This document shows, in pieces, positions 59,864 through 64,000 of a DNA stretch of 64,000 nucleotides. Position 1 is the stretch's first letter; each line of letters opens with the position of its first letter. The translations under genes were made by a program, and so were the position numbers. The DNA is taken from the NCBI GenBank assembly GCA_950097015.1, contig CATNEN010000039.1:12958001-13022000 (forward strand), written 5' to 3'. The DNA is from Macrostomum hystrix (lineage: Eukaryota; Animalia; Platyhelminthes). A model generated the notes under the pieces. That model ran no database searches and had not been told where the DNA came from. It saw nothing but the letters and a program-made list of their open reading frames with translations.

Positions 59864-60807
59864 TGTTCTCAGAATGGTAGGACAGTTCTCAGAATGGTAG
59901 GACAGTTCTCAGAATGGTAGGACAGTTCTCAGAATGGTAGGACAGTTCTCAGAATGGTAGGACAGTTCTCAGAATGGTAGGACAGTTCTCAGAATGGTAG
60001 AACAGTTCTCAGAATGGTAGGACAGTTCTCAGAATGGTAGGACAGTTCTCAGAATGGTAGGACAGTTCTCAGAATGGTAGGACAGTTCTCAGAATGGTAG
60101 GACAGTTCTCAGAATGGTAGGACAGTTCTCAGAATGGTAGGACAGTTCTCAGAATGGTAGGACAGTTCTCAGAATGGTAGAACAGTTCTCAGAATGGTAG
60201 GACAGTTCTCAGAATGGTAGGACAGTTCTCAGAATGGTAGGACAGTTCTCAGAATGGTAGGACAGTTCTCAGAATGGTAGAACAGTTCTCAGAATGGTAG
60301 GACAGTTCTCAGAATGGTAGGACAGTTCTCAGAATGGTAGGACAGTTCTCAGAATGGTAGGACAGTTCTCAGAATGGTAGGACAGTTCTCAGAATGGTAG
60401 GACAGTTCTCAGAATGGTAGGACAGTTCTCAGAATGGTAGAACAGTTCTCAGAATGGTAGGACAGTTCTCAGAATGGTAGGACAGTTCTCAGAATGGTAG
60501 GACAGTTCTCAGAATGGTAGGACAGTTCTCAGAATGGTAGGACAGTTCTCAGAATGGTAGGACAGTTCTCAGAATGGTAGGACAGTTCTCAGAATGGTAG
60601 GACAGTTCTCAGAATGGTAGGACAGTTCTCAGAATGGTAGGACAGTTCTCAGAATGGTAGGACAGTTCTCAGAATGGTAGGACAGTTCTCAGAATGGTAG
60701 GACAGTTCTCAGAATGGTAGGACAGTTCTCAGAATGGTAGGACAGTTCTCAGAATGGTAGGACAGTTCTCAGAATGGTAGGACAGTTCTCAGAATGGTAG
60801 GACAGTT
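59864..60807. repeat. 20-bp minisatellite (gacagttctcagaatggtag)
   Basis: About 47 near-identical units. Confidence 0.98.
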
Positions 60808-60913
60808 TTATAATATACCATTTTAATTGTACTTTAATTGCCAGAACCCTTGCCAAGTCTTCGACTGCATGGCTCGAGCTGGAGACTGACACCGCGGTTT
60901 TGGCGGCCGGGTC

Positions 60914-62788
60914 CAGATCTGGTGGACACCCTCTCTCCAAGATCTGTTGGACACCCTCGCTCCAAGATCTGTTGGACAACCTCGCTCCAAGATCTGGTGG
61001 ACACCCTCGCTCCAAGATATGTTGGACACCCTCTCTCCAAGATATGTTGGACACCCTCTCTCCAAGATCTCTTGGACACCCTCTCTCCATGCTCTGTTGG
61101 ACACCCTTTCTCCAAGATCTGTTGGACACCCTCGCTCCAAGATCTGTTGGACACCCTCTCTCTAAGATCTGTTGGACACCCTCTCTCCAAGATCTCTTGG
61201 ACACCCTCTCTCCATGCTCTGTTGGACACCCTTTCTCCAAGATCTGTTGGACACCCTCGCTCCAAGATCTGTTGGACAACCTCGCTCCAAGATCTGGTGG
61301 ACACCCTCGCTCCAAGATCTCTTGGACACCCTCTCTCCATGCTCTGTTGGACACCCTTTCTCCAAGATCTGTTGGACACCCTCTCTCCATGATCTCTTGG
61401 ACACCCTCTCTCCAAGATCTGTTGGACACCCTCTCTCCAAGATCTGTTGGAGACCCTCTCTCCATGATCTGTTGGACACCCTCGCTCCAAGATCTGTTGG
61501 ACACCCTCGCTCCAAGATCTGTTGGACAACCTCGCTCCAAGATCTGGTGGACACCCTCGCTCCAAGATATGTTGGACACCCTCTCTCCAAGATCTGTTGG
61601 AGACCCTCTCTCTAAGATCTGTTGGACACCCTCTCTCCAAGATCTCTTGGACACCCTCTCTCCATGCTCTGTTGGACACCCTTTCTCCAAGATCTGTTGG
61701 ACACCCTCGCTCCAAGATCTGTTGGACACCCTCTCTCTAAGATCTGTTGGACACCCTCTCTCCAAGATCTCTTGGACACCTTCTCTCCATGCTCTGTTGG
61801 ACACCCTTTCTCCAAGATCTGTTGGACACCCTCGCTCCAAGATCTGTTGGACAACCTCGCTCCAAGATCTGGTGGACACCCTCGCTCCAAGATCTCTTGG
61901 ACACCCTCTCTCCATGCTCTGTTGGACACCCTTTCTCCAAGATCTGTTGGACACCCTCTCTCCATGATCTGTTGGACACCCTCTCTCCAAGATCTATTGG
62001 ACACCCTCTCTCCAAGATCTGTTGGAGACCCTCTCTCCATGATCTGTTGGACACCCTCGCTCCAAGATCTGTTGGACACCCTCGCTCCAAGATCTGTTGG
62101 ACAACCTCGCTCCAAGATCTGGTGGACACCCTCGCTCCAAGATATGTTGGACACCCTCTCTCCAAGATCTGTTGGACACCCTCGCTCCAAGATATGTTGG
62201 ACACCCTCTCTCCAAGATCTGTTGGACACCCTCTCTCTAAGATCTGTTGGACACCCTCTCTCCAAGATCTCTTGGACACCCTCTCTCCATGCTCTGTTGG
62301 ACACCCTTTCTCCAAGATCTGTTGGACACCCTCTCTTCAAGATCTGGTGGACACCCTCTCTCCAAGATCTGGTGGACACCCTCTCTCCAAGATCTGGTGG
62401 ACACCCTCGCTCCAAGATCTGTTGGACAACCTCGCTCCAAGATCTGGTGGACACCCTCGCTCCAAGATATGTTGGACACCCTCTCTCCAAGATCTGTTGG
62501 ACACCCTCGCTCCAAGATATGTTGGACACCCTCTCTCCAAGATCTGTTGGACACCCTCTCTCTAAGATCTGTTGGACACCCTCTCTCCAAGATCTCTTGG
62601 ACACCCTCTCTCCATGCTCTGTTGGACACCCTTTCTCCAAGATCTGTTGGACACCCTCTCTTCAAGATCTGGTGGACACCCTCTCTCCAAGATCTGGTGG
62701 ACACCCTCTCTCCAAGATCTGGTGGACACCCTCTCTCCAAGATCTGGTGGACACCCTCTCTCCAAGATCTGGTGGACACCCTCTCTCC
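60914..62788 (+). repeat. 25-bp minisatellite family C, second array with higher-order structure
   Basis: Same unit as 50727-51485, with recurrent variant series. Confidence 0.97.
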
Positions 62789-63502
62789 ACCCTCTCGCCG
62801 CGACCTAACTGACTGAAACAAATTGTCCTTTGGCAAGATAGTATATAGTATAAATCGAAGGACTTTGGACTCGATATGAGCAAAAATTATTGAAGGCATT
62901 CTGGGGAGACGGCTAATTTGAGGTTTTATTTAAGCCGTTTGAGACATTTGCAGACTTGGCATTTAAGTATGTGATAAACTTCAAATTCAAACTTATAGCG
63001 ACCTTTTTCTAAACTCGCAAAAACCTGATGACCCCAGTAATTTACCCTAACCTTAGCTCTTAATTGCTTCTGTTTTTGGAGGTTGTGCCAACGAAACGTG
63101 GCACAGTGGCACCAAGCACAAGTATTCTTCTATTCTTCTTTGAATAAGCTGTAGACACAATGGAGCCAGTAAAAATGACCAAGGTAAGTGGGCAGGACAG
63201 GAAAACTGCAGCGCTTTTTTACTCAAGCGCTCGTGACAATGAAGACTCTCATATAACTAACTATTCGAATAGCCTCTTTTAAATTGGACAGCAAAAAGCA
63301 GGGGTCGCGTTACCTCGCGTTACCCTCAAAGCCCTTAATTGGTCTTCGAAAGAAGCCACGCATTTGGAAGACCGGAAAGACGTACCGATTTCAAGGCAAT
63401 GCACGCTCCTATATACCAGACCGCTGAGTGCTGGTGGACCTCAAGCCATACTCTCAGCTTCTACAATCTGCTTCATCAAGCAACAGCAGCAGCAGCACAA
63501 TC

Positions 63503-63697
63503 ATGAAGTGGCAGCTCGCTCTCGGACTCCTGCTCTGCGCAGCTCTGGCAGTCGCCAGGCCCAGCCAGGAGATGTCGGAGGAGGACGCGGAGACTCTGCG
63601 GGCCCTGGAAACCCTTTCGGATCTGGACGAGCCGGAGAAGGCCGAAGCCAAGGCCTTGATGCTGGAGAAGAAGATCAGGTTTTCGAAATTGGCGTGA
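63503..63697 (+). CDS. Small secreted prepropeptide (signal + acidic helix + KK site); 3' end uncertain
   Basis: MKWQLALGLLLCAALAVA-RPSQEMSEEDAETLRALETLSDLDEPEKAEAKALMLEKKIRFSKLA*. GC3-rich codons like the other genes; TATA-like ctatata near 63409. Possible donors at 63679 and 63694 mean it may be spliced. Confidence 0.65.
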   Translation: MKWQLALGLLLCAALAVARPSQEMSEEDAETLRALETLSDLDEPEKAEAKALMLEKKIRFSKLA

Positions 63698-64000
63698 GCT
63701 GTATATCGGATTTTGGGCAAGTAGATCTTCAGATGAGCTGCTGAAGGCCACCTGGCAACTGACCGGACACCGCCCATTGTGTTTGCATGCGTGAAGTTAC
63801 TTTCGATGTGAAAAAATGGCACTCAGGCTGCTTAAAGGCATCATTAGAGCGTATGGCTTAAGAAGTTAAGACTCTTTCAAATTTTATTGTTAATTAAGCT
63901 ACCAGGTGCGAGCAAGTTGGATTTATTTATTTTAAATTTTTTAAGTATTTAATTGGATTGAAAAAGCAATGGGTCTATTTAATTTAGCCCAGCAATGATT

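Noticed and set aside
60749-62899. Many overlapping ORFs
   Set aside because: Translations of the 25-bp satellite.

Overview
Eukaryotic animal nuclear DNA: GT-AG introns, SINEs and very dense minisatellite. The style suggests a free-living flatworm such as Macrostomum, but that is inference only. The left half (1-31 kb) is gene-rich. It holds two tandem paralogues of a secreted protein with a C-terminal LamG/pentraxin-like fold, a 4-exon myosin regulatory light chain, three tandem DUF1294 (YsdA-like, mainly bacterial family) membrane-protein genes, a 6-exon VIP36/VIPL (LMAN2-family) lectin and an intronless beta-adrenergic-like octopamine receptor. The right half (32-63 kb) is roughly half tandem repeat, with at least 14 different units. 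It also holds an intact D,D34D mariner, a foldback element, a spliced atypical NPF/NPY-like precursor missed by the ORF track, and a second small secreted prepropeptide. Other mobile DNA: two tRNA-derived SINE families, a solo LTR with a 5-bp TSD inside a minisatellite, an LTR remnant with three tandem primer-binding sites, a deleted mariner and a MITE carrying a minisatellite. Most long ORFs in the track are repeat translations. The best novelty candidates are the DUF1294 triplet (possible horizontally acquired, expanded family with a shared 5' splice architecture) and the RVRM-amide neuropeptide. Family assignments come from recalled motifs, not database searches, and repeat boundaries are approximate.
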